A DNA stretch of 64,000 bases. Source: Amoebidium appalachense (taxonomy: Eukaryota; Protista; Ichthyosporea). The stretch covers positions 6,252,708-6,316,707 of the forward strand of contig CAVNZM010000017.1 of assembly GCA_963693365.1 (NCBI GenBank). The letters are read 5' to 3'. The notes under the pieces are model-generated. The model had not been told where the DNA came from. It ran no database searches and saw nothing but the letters and a program-made list of their open reading frames with translations. The number at the start of each line of letters is the position of its first letter. The stretch's first letter is position 1. The position numbers and the translations under genes were made by a program. This document shows positions 52,554-64,000 of the stretch, in pieces.

Positions 52554-53798
52554 TTACACATCCTTAATGCGTGCCCAATTCAACTTAACATATAATGGGC
52601 ACCAGCCTTCGCATTCGCCACCTTCCCGAGACATTTGGACAGAGACATTGGTAGGTCCCGTGTTGCTCTCCCATAGCTCAGTGTCTGGTTTTTCAGTGGT
52701 CATTCCGAAACCGTCGCAGTGGAGATGATATGGCCTCCCATTTTTCCACGTGAATGCGGGTGCCACACCGAAAAAGTGACCTGATTTGTGAAGACCAATG
52801 TAGGCAAGATGGTATTGGCGCCCCATAAAGTTCGCGCAATTCATGACATGAACAGGCAGCAAGGACTAGGAAGTATTAAAACGTTGCCCCACACCGTACC
52901 CTTGGAATTGCACGTTGTGCAAACCGAGGTTGGGCTTTGAAATTCCCTGCCATATTCAGTGCAGTCGCCATCGAAGAAATGGGTACCCGCTATGTTTTCT
53001 ATGGGATTGACAATGTAAATCTCCTTGTGGTCCATCCTTTCACGGCGAAGTCGGGTGCGAAGCTCGGCATCGATGGAACACAACACACGCGTAGACACGC
53101 CAGTGCATTTAACGCATGTAGCGGTTATGATTGTCACGTGAGGGGGTACCACGTTGTCTCGGAATAGCGAACGACTAGACCCATCCAGCGGGACACCCGT
53201 GAGGTAATCCGAACCGCTAATGTCACATTGAAGCGCGTCAAACAACTTGCCCGTTGAATTTATGTCCCCAATCCTGAATCGTGTTACCTTCCACACCCGT
53301 GCCAGACGATGAGCAATGGCCCGGATATTTGCTGTATGCTTTTCGCGGTGCTTTAAGGCAGCAATCATCCGGTCCCAAACGTCCAGTCCGGTTGGCTTAA
53401 GATGTACGGGTGGCACGTTGGATTTTATCAGCCCACAGTTTATTCCGTCCAATGCGAGTGATGATGAAACAGAAATTCATTTCCCATGAAAATCTTGGAC
53501 GGAAACCAAAGGTGTCGTTGCGGTTGAATGAGAAAGCATCCATCGGCACGGGGGTGACGTCATAAACTGGGTCTGCGCTGTTGCAGTACATAGTGTGTAA
53601 ACACAGACTCACTGACATTCCCGGGCCATTTTGACCGGAGAGAGACGGGGATTGTGGGCACAGTGGGCAAGGGTTGCAATCATTGGTTGATGGGACTGGC
53701 GACACCGTCACCTGCACTAGTAAAACCCGACGACGATATTGGCGAAGCAGGATCCGACGACCCTGTGTTGTGTTCTGGCTCAGAGCGCACTGGTGTAC
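52554..53798 (-). pseudogene. frameshifted USP-like (papain-fold) cysteine protease gene
   Basis: Overlapping minus-strand ORFs give SWEMNFCFI (Cys-box-like), CVKC and CTTC, and YHLAYIGLHKSGHFFG...HCDG (His/Asp-box-like). Candidate acceptor at 53798. Shifts near 53690, 53455 and 52860. Confidence 0.55.
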
Positions 53799-53829
53799 CT
53801 ACCAGATGCGACAGATAGGGTTTAGGTTT

Positions 53830-54206
53830 AGATGGATAATCAGGATGCGAGCGAATATTATATTCGCCTGGGGGTTGGATACTCAGGTTCCGAGCGAATA
53901 TCATATTCTCTTGGGGGTTGGATAATCAGGATCCGAGGAAAAAAAAAAAATTCTTTTCTTTTTTTTTTTATTTATATATATTCGCCTGGGGGGATGGATA
54001 ATCAGGATGCGAGCGAATATTATATTCGCCTGGGGGGATGGATAATCATGATGCGAGCGATTTTTTTTTTTTTTTTTTTTTTATTCGCCTGGGGGGATGG
54101 ATGGATAATCAGGATGCGAGCGAATATTATATTCGCCTGGGGGTTGATACTCAGGATCCGAGCGAATATTATATTCGCTTGGGGGTTGGATAATCAGGAT
54201 CCGAGT

Positions 54207-54271
<65 letters not shown>

Positions 54272-54371
54272 GTATATAAGTATATATATATATATTCGCC
54301 TGGGGGGATGGATAATCAGGATGCGAGCGAATATTATATTCGCTTGGGGGTTGGATAATCAGGATCCGAGT

Positions 54372-54424
<53 letters not shown>

Positions 54425-55037
54425 TAAGTATATATATATATATATATATATATTCGCCTGGGGGGATGGATAATCAGGATGCGAGCGAATATTATATTCG
54501 CTTGGGGGTTGGATACTCAGGATCCCAGCGAATATTAAATTCGCTTGGGGGTTGGATAATCAGGATCCGAGCAAATTTATATATCACATATATATATTTA
54601 TTTTTTTTTTATTCGCCTGGGGGGATGGATAATCAGGATGCGAGCGAATATTATATTCGCCTGGGGGGATGGATAATCAGGATGCGAGCGAATATTATGT
54701 TCGCTTGGGGATTGGATACTCAGGATCCGAGCGAATATTATATTCGCTTGGGGGTTGAATAATCAGGATCCGAGCATTTTTTATTATTATTTTATTATTA
54801 TTATTATTATTATATTCACCTGGGGGGATGGATAATCAGGATGCGAGCGAATGTTATATTCGCTTGGGGGTTGGATACTCAGGATCCGAGCGAACATTAT
54901 ATTCGCTTGGGGGTTGGACAATCAGGATCCGAGCAAATATATATATATATTTTTTTATTCACCTGGGCGGATGGTTTGGATACTCAGGATCCGAGCGAAT
55001 ATTATATTCGCTTGGGGGTTGGATAATCAGGATCCGA

Positions 55038-55086
<49 letters not shown>

Positions 55087-55817
55087 TATATTCGCCTGGG
55101 GGATGGATAATCAGGATGCGAGCCAGTGTTATATTCGCTTGGGGGTTGGATGCTCAGGATCCGAGCGAATATTATATTCGCTTGGGGGTTGGATACTCAG
55201 GATCCGAGCGAATATTATATTCGCTTGGGGGTTGGATAATCAGGATCCGAGCAATTTTTTTATTTTATCATATATATATATATATATATTCGCCTGGGGG
55301 AATGGATAATCAGGATGCGAGCGAATATTATATTCGCCTGGGGGGATGGATAATCAGGGTGCGAGCGAATATTATATTCGATTGGGGGTTGGATACTCAG
55401 GATCCGAGCGAATATTATATTCGTTTGGGGGTTGGATAATCAAAATCCGAGCGAATATTATATTCGCTTGGGGGTTGGATGCTCAGGATCCGAGCGAATA
55501 TTATATTCGCGTGGGGGCTGGATAATATGGATCCGAGCATTTTTTTTTTTTTTTCCGCCTTGGGGGATGGTTAATCAGGATCCGAGCGAATATTATATTC
55601 GTTTGGGGGTTGGATAATCAAGATCCGAGCGAATATTATATTCGCTTGGGGGTTGGATACTCAGGATCCGAGCGAATATTATATTCGCTTGGGGGTTGGA
55701 TGCTCAGGATCCGAGCGAATATTATTTTCGCTTGGGGGTTGGATAATCAGGATCCGAGTTTCTTTTTTTTTATTCGCCTTGGGGGATGGATAATCAGGAT
55801 GCGAGCGAATATTATAT
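53830..55817 (+). repeat. tandem array 1 of a 43/44-bp palindromic unit
   Basis: ggataatcaggatccgagcgaatattatattcgcttgggggtt; period 43 (e.g. 55434 to 55477). Some units have a (TA)n or poly-T expanded centre. Confidence 0.95.
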
Positions 55818-56417
55818 GTCGTGCCACGCCCTTGCGTATACACGAACTACTCTAACTATCTGCACGCTTAAAGGGGCTTGAAACCGTGTATACGTATAAC
55901 CTTTTCTTTGAGTTGGGTGGGAAGCGCGCTTTTTGTGTTCTTAGAAGAACTTCCAAAAGCCCGCGACCCCGCGAGACACTTCACAGACACGCGGCCCACT
56001 GGCCAGACAAATACCACAGTGACATTCAGCCAATCACAACACTCCCTCCCCCACAGACTACACACACTCCACACCATTGGCTACCGCCACCTCAGACACC
56101 CCTACAGCACTACAACACGTACACACGTTTACTCACAATACATATAAGCATACACACACGCGAGCAGGCAACATGGGTCTCGCCAAGCACACAGCAAGAA
56201 GCAATACAACATTTAACATGGAGAGTACGCAGAGGCATGGGGCATGCACGCGCGCGCCCCAAACAATCAGCCGCCGCTGCATCAGAATCTCCCCATACCA
56301 CTGATTAATCTCCTCATACTTAGACCCCGGCATCACTATGCAAGAAAACCCCCGAAATTCACTCACCGAAACACAAAATATAGAAGCAAACTCATACGAA
56401 TCAGCTCAGCACATGAC

Positions 56418-57870
56418 ATTATATTCGCTTGGGGGTTGAATACACTGGATCCGAGCGAATATTATATTCGCTTGGGGTTTGGATAATCAGGATCCGAGCG
56501 AATATTATATTCGCTTGGGGGTTGGATACTCAGGATCCGAGCGAATATTATATTCGCTTGGGGGTTGGATAATATGGATCCGAGCATTTTTTATTTTTAT
56601 TTTTATATATATATATTCGCCTGGGGGGATGGATAATCAGGATGCGAGCGAATATTATATTCGCTTGGGGGTTGGATACTCAGGATGCGAGCGAATATTA
56701 TATTCGCATGGGGAATGGATAATCAGGATGCGAGCGAATATTATATTCGCCTGGGGGCATGGATAATCAGGATGCGAGCGAATATTTTATTCGCTTGGGG
56801 CGTATAAGTGAATATAATATTCGCTCGGATTGATTGTTTGGATAATCAGGATCCGAGCGAATATAATATTCGCTTGAGGGGTTGGATAATCAGGATGCGA
56901 GCGAATATTATATTCGCCTGGGGGGATGGATAATCAGGATGCGAGCGAATATTATATTCGCCTGGGGGGATGTATAATCAGGATGCGAGCGAATGTTATA
57001 TTCGCTTGGGGCGTATAAGCGAATATAATATTCGCTCAGATTGATTGTTTGGATAATCAGGATCCAGGTTGGATAATCAGGATGCGAGCGAATATTATAT
57101 TCGCCTGGGGGGATGGATAATCAGGATGCGAGCGATTATTATATTCGCCTGGGGGGTTGGATAATCAGGATGCGAGCGAATATTATATTCGCTTTGGGGC
57201 GTATAAGCGAATATAATATTCGCTCGGATTGATTGTTTGGATAATCAGGATCCAGGTTGGATAATCAGGATGCGAGCGAATATTATATTCGCCTGGGGGG
57301 ATGGATAATCAGGATGCGAGCGATTATTATATTCGCCTGGGGGGTTGGATAATCAGGATGCGAGCGAATATTATATTCGCTTTGGGGCGTATAAGCGAAT
57401 ATAATATTCGCTCGGATTGATTGTTTGGATAATCAGGATCCGAGCGAATATAATATTCGCTTGGTGGGTTGGATAATCAGGATGCGAGCGAATAATATAT
57501 TCGCCTGGGGGGATGGATAATCAGGATGCGAGAATATTATATTCGCCTGGGGGGATGGATAATCAGGATGCGAGCAAATATTATATTCGCTTGGGGCGTA
57601 TAAGCGAATAAAATATTCGCTCGGATCGATTGTTGGGGTAATCAGGATCCAAGCGAATACAATATTTGCTTGGGGGTTTGGATAATCAGGATGCGAGCAA
57701 ATACTATATTCGCTCGCATCCTGATTACAACCCCCAAGCGAATATAATATTCGCTCGTATAAGCGAATATAATATTCGCTCGGATCGATTGGTTGGATAA
57801 TCAGGATCCGAGCGAATATTATATTCGCTTGGGGGGTTTGATATTCCGGATAATATAATATTCGCATTGT
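56418..57870 (+). repeat. tandem array 2 of the same unit, with ~188-bp higher-order repeat and inverted sub-units
   Basis: gcgtataagc marker at 57011, 57199 and 57387; inverted unit ~57705-57760. Confidence 0.95.
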
Positions 57871-57908
57871 AACTAAGCGTATTCATTTTTATTTATATTT
57901 TTTTGCAG

Positions 57909-58199
57909 ATGGCGTCCCACCTTCCCACGTTGGTTCGGTCTATTTTTGATATTTCCTTCGATGATATCAAGCGCCCTTCCAAGATTGTTGAGCCAAGGTG
58001 TCTGTCCCAGCGCGGCCCAACGGATATCGACCCCATTGTGTTTGACAAGGAAGCCAAAGCGAAGGCTTCCCTAAATTTGCGGATTGTTTTCAAAGGTTGG
58101 GCACCGTTGTCGAGTTTCCGTTTTGGGGGGTGGAACAGTTGGGTCTTGGTCCGTCCCGTCCACTCAGGCAAGAAGATGGAGTCCGTCGTCAATGGGTAA
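57909..58199 (+). CDS. small unknown ORF/exon (96 aa, MASHLPTLVRSIFD...)
   Basis: ATG follows a strong tttttgcag acceptor at the array edge. Non-repetitive, coding-like. Ends at TAA 58199 or splices at GG|gtaagt 58195. Confidence 0.5.
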   Translation: MASHLPTLVRSIFDISFDDIKRPSKIVEPRCLSQRGPTDIDPIVFDKEAKAKASLNLRIVFKGWAPLSSFRFGGWNSWVLVRPVHSGKKMESVVNG

Positions 58200-58742
58200 G
58201 TTGGGTGTGTTGCTATGTGAGTTTTCCACGATTGAATACTTAAACGTATGCACCATTGATTAACGATTTGTTTGCTTGAATTGTTGGTTCGTTAGTGTTT
58301 CTTGTACGTATGATGTACTAATAGTATGGACTTTAAAATTGTATCTGTTTAGTCTGTGAATGAGACCCAGAATTATTGGAGCAGCTATCCCGCTTTAACC
58401 GCGCTGTCCAGGTGGTACCCTCCTGAACAGCGTGCAGTGCATACACACACGATACAATAACAAGTCTGGGTGTGGTTTATTTTGACACATTGAAGCTTGT
58501 GTGCAGTGCACACACACACGATACAATAACATGATTGGACATAGTCTATCCATTGTCACAAGAGTATGATAATGTCGTGCTTGGATGCGCTTACACTGAT
58601 GTATGTGTGTGTGTGGAATGACACACACACACCATAAAACACAGCGTAAACCTTACATTTGCAACCTTACCACCCATGTACCCCCTCCCTGTTTTCTGGG
58701 GGGGGGGGGGGGGGGGGAGGGGCGGGGGGGGGGGGGGGGGCA

Positions 58743-60419
58743 CAGTTGAAAAAGTGCGAATCCGGCTCCCGATGATCCCCGATCACGAATTAAGCCAGCT
58801 ATTCTGATTGGTAGACTGTAATGAGGTCTAAATATATTCCCGATTTCGTCCGGAATTCTTCCTGACTACGCAAATTTGACCCGTCCTGATGCCATGTGCG
58901 GCCTAACGGTCACACCAAACAAGAAAAAGACTTGCAAGTATCGGTCAAGTGCAACCACTCGCGCGCATTAGTAGCAAAGATTCCTAGACAGCAGCTGGTC
59001 GTCAAAGGCAACCGTTGGCAAGTTTTGGTGTAAAGAAACAGGCGACTCTAAACTCGCTTGCACGCCTTCGCTTTTGTCTTGTGTTTGGTGAGATTGCTGC
59101 GGCTCCATCTACAACTTGCATACACAGCAGTGGGCCGTGGCCCAAGACTGCGTAGAATAGTAGTTGGTGTTTTTAAGCATATTGTTTTTGGGCAGGCAGG
59201 AGTTTGAGTCTGGAAAAACGGAGCTACTGTATGCGCCACAGGCAAGGTGAGTTTTTTTTTAGAACCTCATCTTCACGAACCCTCTGACTTACATACTAGG
59301 CTTTTGTCTTGTGAGGTCACACGGCAAGAAGGATACAACCTAAATTTGTAAGCGCTTCTGCGCTTGCCTTGGTCGAACTTGGGCGTCCACGTCCAGCCGT
59401 GCATAGGCATCTGTATATCCTCGAGCCTTCAAAGTTTGTTGCTCTGTTATTAGTTTATACTTCTTGCAATCTATGCTGCATCAGTATTACAGAGAAGGCC
59501 ACGTTGTGTTGTCTCCTTTTTGGCCTTATATAACACCGTACCCCTAGTAGGTTCTGAAAGTCTCTTCCCCATCGCAGGTCCTTGAACCTGCTACTGTGAC
59601 TTTGCCAAGTTCGAGTTTTGTGAGCGGCTCTAACAGGCAGTAACAGGTAAGCCAAGGTGAAGTATAGGGGCAAGCCTGAGATGGATGTTGTGTAGTTTAC
59701 TGACTGTATCGCTCCACACCTACTGGTACTCAAATTAACTTGAAGAGTCGAAACACAGTCCATTATCTGTGTTAGAATAAAGGGTTCAAACACACGTGCA
59801 CATAGGTGTGCAGGTGAACGGTTTGCTAACCTAGCTATATACTTCTATGGCTCCCCACGACTACTTAGCTATAGCCTCTTCATGCTTGCAACCTGGTGTT
59901 GCTCATACTAGGGTTCTGTGTGCCAAACCCTTCTGTCTGCTTTTGTATATATTGTGAATGCTTTCTACCCAGCTGAATAGCCGTTGTTGGGCTGTTCCAG
60001 GCTCCAGGCATCACACCTTGCATCACACTGTGGGTGAATCAGATGACGAAGAACATGACTTGACATCACACTGTGTGTGGTACGAGTAACAAAGTAAAGG
60101 CGCGAGCTAGTCACGGTGTACTTCAGCTTTCTTGCGGTTGTCTTCTTTTGTACTTAACTTTGGGTTAAGTTCCAGTATCGAAAGGGCAGGAAGGAGGTAT
60201 AGGGCAGGTCGGGAAGGAATCGGGGTGTCCCGGTCACGGGCGTGATCGGGATTTTTTTTGCGAATCAGGGTGTGATCGGTATCAAGAAATCGGGGTGTAA
60301 TCAGGCTAATTTCATCCCGATCACGTCGCTAATTACGAATCGGGTTTCCCGATTTTGCCCCGATTCTCATATGGTGATCAGGGTTTAATCGGGACACAGA
60401 TTCGCATCTTTTTTCGCTG
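58743..60419. mobile_element. nested hAT-like non-autonomous element (~1.7 kb)
   Basis: Imperfect ~45-bp TIRs: cagttgaaaaagtgcgaatccggctcccgat versus reverse complement cagcgaaaaaagatgcgaatctgtgtcccgat. Many subterminal cccgat/atcggg motifs. Sits in poly-G. Confidence 0.7.
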
Positions 60420-61349
60420 GGGGGGGGGGGAGGACAATTTTGCCATCTAGGCCAGACCGTGCAGGTCCGTGCACACGCTGTGTTTCTCCAACCACATATA
60501 CACACCCTTGCCAGAATATACAACAATAGTGCACGAGTTGGCATATGCATTTCGCACGCACGTGCACAGCACGATTCTTCATTAGTTGCACATCTTTGGT
60601 TTACACAGGTTGCACGAGCACATAGCATACATAGTTAGGTACGATCGTTTATTTGTGCTTTATCTCCCTTTATTTCATAAGCATGTCCGGCATGCTCTTG
60701 TTTGCCCTCTGTTATTCATTAGGCACGTGTGGTATTCATAGTTTGTTTAGCTATTGGCGATCGCGAGAGGAAAGCACGCATCCGACGATTGTTGTGCATG
60801 CTTTTCATGTTTTCTGTGTAGTCGGGTGTTTTGTCTGCGATTGGACCGTATGAGGGGAATGCAGTTTAATTTCCGTTCATGTACGTGTCGCTATATGATT
60901 GGTCAGATTTATAGTATTCATAGTATTTGCCAATCAGATGCGCAAATACCTTTGGATAGATCTGTATTCATGGAATCTGCCTGCGGCAGATAAATAGGTG
61001 AGAATCGAGCATAATAAATTAGACGTAGATTGACAGAACATGCAACTATATTTCTACCTCTCCACACTACCCTCTCTGTTAGTGCTGTGGCATCGTGCAT
61101 TGCCCAGCACCACTCTGCACGTGTTTATGTCTGTTAGTTTAGTGGCCTGATCACCCACGTATACTCTCATTCATATGCATGTGTGCCCAGGTACGTGTTA
61201 GTTGTGGTGTGTACACTCTGCTAGTCAGGCGAGAATAGTAGGGGCTTTTGCCGTAAGTCAGCACTTTTCTTGCAACCCTGACCCCCCTGCACCCCTGCAC
61301 TCCCTCCCTGTTTCCGGGATAGTAGGGGGGGGGGGGGGGGGGGGGGGGA

Positions 61350-61599
61350 GGGTTACGACAAAGATTTTTTAATACCCCCCTCCCCCCCCTCCCCCCGCGC
61401 CCACACTGTGTTTCTCCCACCACGTCATACAAACCCTCTGACCCCCCTGTCACCCAGGGTAGTAGGGGGGGGAGGGGGGGGGGGAGGGGGGTGCATTTTG
61501 GCCTGCCCGATATTCCCCCTAGACCAGTCAAATTTGACGACCTGGATTTTAATTAGAGATGACGACACTTTGGCCTGGACGACACTTTGGCCTGCAACA
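61350..61599 (-). repeat. right terminal inverted repeat
   Basis: Reverse complement of 50959-51206. Confidence 0.9.
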
Positions 61600-61753
61600 C
61601 CCCCCCCCCCCTCCCACCCCCACCCCCCCCACCCCCTTCCCCCCTTCGAAATTCCCAAGCTGGCCGCCAGGGCGGTGGTCCCCACTCTACCCACTTCTTT
61701 GGGGGGTGGTGGTCCTCCCTCGCCCCCCTCCCCCCCCCCCCCCCCCCTCTCTC

Positions 61754-61791
<38 letters not shown>

Positions 61792-62738
61792 ACCACCCCG
61801 GGCCTCCCTCTCTCCCCCCGGGGAGTCCGACGGCTCCCTGCTGGCCGAGACGTCGTGCCATGGTGGCCATCCCTCTCTCGATGTTTCTCGGAGGCTCGCC
61901 TTCCCCCCCACCCCTTCACACAAAAACACACACCTCCCTCTCTCTCTGTCATCCACCACCATCACCAACACTAAGTTATCTCTTCCCTCTTCCCTTCAAG
62001 TTTTGACCAGCGCTAATAGCGCTTCAAATTATGACTAGGGCAGAGGAAGGTGCAGGGGGGGGGGGGGGGGGGATCAGTCGGAGAGATGAAAAGAGATTCA
62101 GAGTGTGTGCCACGTGTGTGAGAACACATTACTACGTGCCACCACAAATATTGGCATGTATTTCCCTAATGTGGAAGTCTGTGAGTGTGCCCGAGAGTGC
62201 GCGCGTGCGCACGTGAGAGTGTCTGTGTGCGCGTGTGTACATACGTGCATCATGCGTGTATGTTTGCCTGATGAGACCCACACACGAGCTATGGTTTTGT
62301 TTTTCGTCGTGTCCGGCTATCTGTTTAGTGTGTGTGTATATATCTTTGTGTGTGTGGTACTTATGTGTGTGTGTGTGTGTATGTGCACCGCGCTAGCAAT
62401 GCATGTGTGTGTGCATGTGTGCGTACGCGCGCACTCGTGCATGTGCATGGGTGTGTGTGGGGGGGAGGGGGCAGGGCGGGGGGGGGGGGGGGGGGGGGGG
62501 GGAGGGAGGGGGGGAAGGGGGGGGGGGGGGGAGGAGGGGGAAGGAGGGGGAAGGGGGAAAAGTGGGGGAGGGAGGATATGTTTTCAAGCTCATGTTCGAT
62601 ATACACAACAGACTAAATATCACAAATCGTTCTCGGGGTGGTGGTGGGTTGGGACCCATCCCTCCCTTCCCTCCCCCCGCCCGGTGAGTGGTGTGTAGTC
62701 CCCCCCCCCTCCCCCTCCCCGCCCCCGGGGGGGACCTA

Positions 62739-62881
62739 CAGTCACCGCACGACAACCCCCCCCCCCCCCCTGGTTACACCCCGGAGAGGGGGGGGGGGGG
62801 GGGGGGGGATATCGTGGGGGACGCTATATCGTAATGTGTCTGTGTTCAAATCCTGCCTGAGACCCCAATTCGATGACATCA

Positions 62882-62917
<36 letters not shown>

Positions 62918-62975
62918 CTATATGGTGGGGGGGGGGGGGGTTGTATTGTGGGGGCGCTATAATGCGCGGTGACTG
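62739..62975. mobile_element. Tc1/mariner-like MITE
   Basis: TA-CAGTCACCGC...GCGGTGACTG-TA. Confidence 0.55.
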
Positions 62976-63429
62976 TACCCCTCGAGGGGACGTTAAGAGC
63001 CCACCTCCCCCCTCCCCCCCCCCCCCCCCCCTTTCCCCCCGACTTCTACCCCTGGCCTCCTCGGCTCAAAATCAAAAAAGCCTATCATAGTATTAATGGA
63101 CTTATTGGAAAGCAGATCACAAGCGCTAGTTTTCCCCTGAAGAATTAGGAAAATAGACCTTATCAAGTCTGGTGGATTTTCAAGAACACAACCCCCCCCC
63201 CTCTCTTCCTTCCCTCCCCCCCCCCCCTCCCCCCCCCCCCCCCCCAAACACACACACATGAACCCCTATGATGGACCACGATAATAAATATAATTAGATC
63301 TTGTTTCCAAATCATCCATTACATACCTCTCTTTCAGTTGTACACTTAAGTTAGCCATGAACCTGTACATCGTAATTACGGAAACTGTGGGCTAATTATT
63401 ATATGATCCCCATATATATTATGCATCAG

Positions 63430-63734
63430 GGGTTTATTACGCTGTTTACTCGAGGAGCAGAGACCAGTCTCAGACACATAAGAGGGTTTTACTTTTGTAT
63501 ATACATGGCCAGTACACAACAGATGCTGGAAGCTGCAGGACTTCTGTTTTAAAGGAGACCATGTGCGCGTCTACACACACACGTACACACGCGTGCACAT
63601 CGAAATGCCATCCCCCCCCCCCCCCCTCCCGCGCCCCCCCCCCCCCTCCTCCTCCTCCCCCCCCCCCCCCCCCCCCCCCCCCCCCACACACACACACATA
63701 CACACACAAACACAGATAACTTCCTTGGCGTGTA

Positions 63735-63809
<75 letters not shown>

Positions 63810-63928
63810 ACGCACACACACACACACGCACACGCACACACACATTCACCCACAACTCTCTCTACATTCAAAACCTCCCCCATACCTGAGATTGGTATCT
63901 CTGTACCTCGAGTAAACAGCGCAAACCC
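63430..63928. mobile_element. MITE (~500 bp) with ~45-bp TIRs
   Basis: gggtttattacgctgtttactcgagg...tctcag versus ctgaga...cctcgagtaaacagcgcaaaccc. The same end motif occurs at ~24358, ~37405 and ~45311. Confidence 0.7.
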
Positions 63929-64000
63929 AAATACATTTACCTCACTCTTACAAGGAAATGGGAGGAAGAGTTCTTGCAACTGGCAACGTCAGAGATCTTC

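Larger units (their letters stand above)
50959..61599. mobile_element. 10.6-kb TIR-bounded DNA element (TGTTGCAGG...CCTGCAACA); no transposase of its own seen
   Basis: Near-identical inverted termini 50959-~51206 and ~61350-61599; poly-C on both flanks. Confidence 0.88.

Noticed and set aside
53832-57867. ORFs translated from the 43-bp arrays ([14 protein letters not shown]...)
   Set aside because: The unit length is not a multiple of 3; the peptides simply cycle through frames.
53830-57870. CRISPR array
   Set aside because: Units are contiguous, the variable inserts are only TA/T runs rather than unique spacers, and there are no cas genes; eukaryotic context.

Overview
Eukaryotic, intron-rich, microsatellite-laden DNA: (CA)n/(GT)n, (CT)n and long poly-G/poly-C runs. 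It looks like a protist, possibly a unicellular holozoan; the taxon cannot be fixed from sequence alone. Most ORFs in the supplied track are simple-repeat artefacts. Contents by manual reading: (1) 572-12894 +, the last 13 exons of a kinase - class III cyclase-like - kinase gene whose cyclase and second kinase both lack catalytic residues. (2) 15.2-18.1 kb, a disrupted EGF/SdrD-B/EGF-Ca surface-protein gene. (3) 19.8-44.3 kb, a tandem segmental duplication. Each copy holds a head-to-head pair of two-exon secreted dirigent/allene-oxide-cyclase-like genes (minus copies intact, plus copies independently disabled, one by a solo LTR) and relic TKL kinase exons. (4) 45.5-50 kb -, an intact two-ORF APE/RT LINE. 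(5) 50959-61599, a 10.6-kb element with ~250-bp terminal inverted repeats. It carries two arrays of a 43-bp hairpin repeat around a unique spacer, a frameshifted USP-like cysteine protease and a small unknown ORF pointing outward from the arrays, and a nested hAT-like element. (6) Several MITEs. All calls come from reading by eye; no searches were run.
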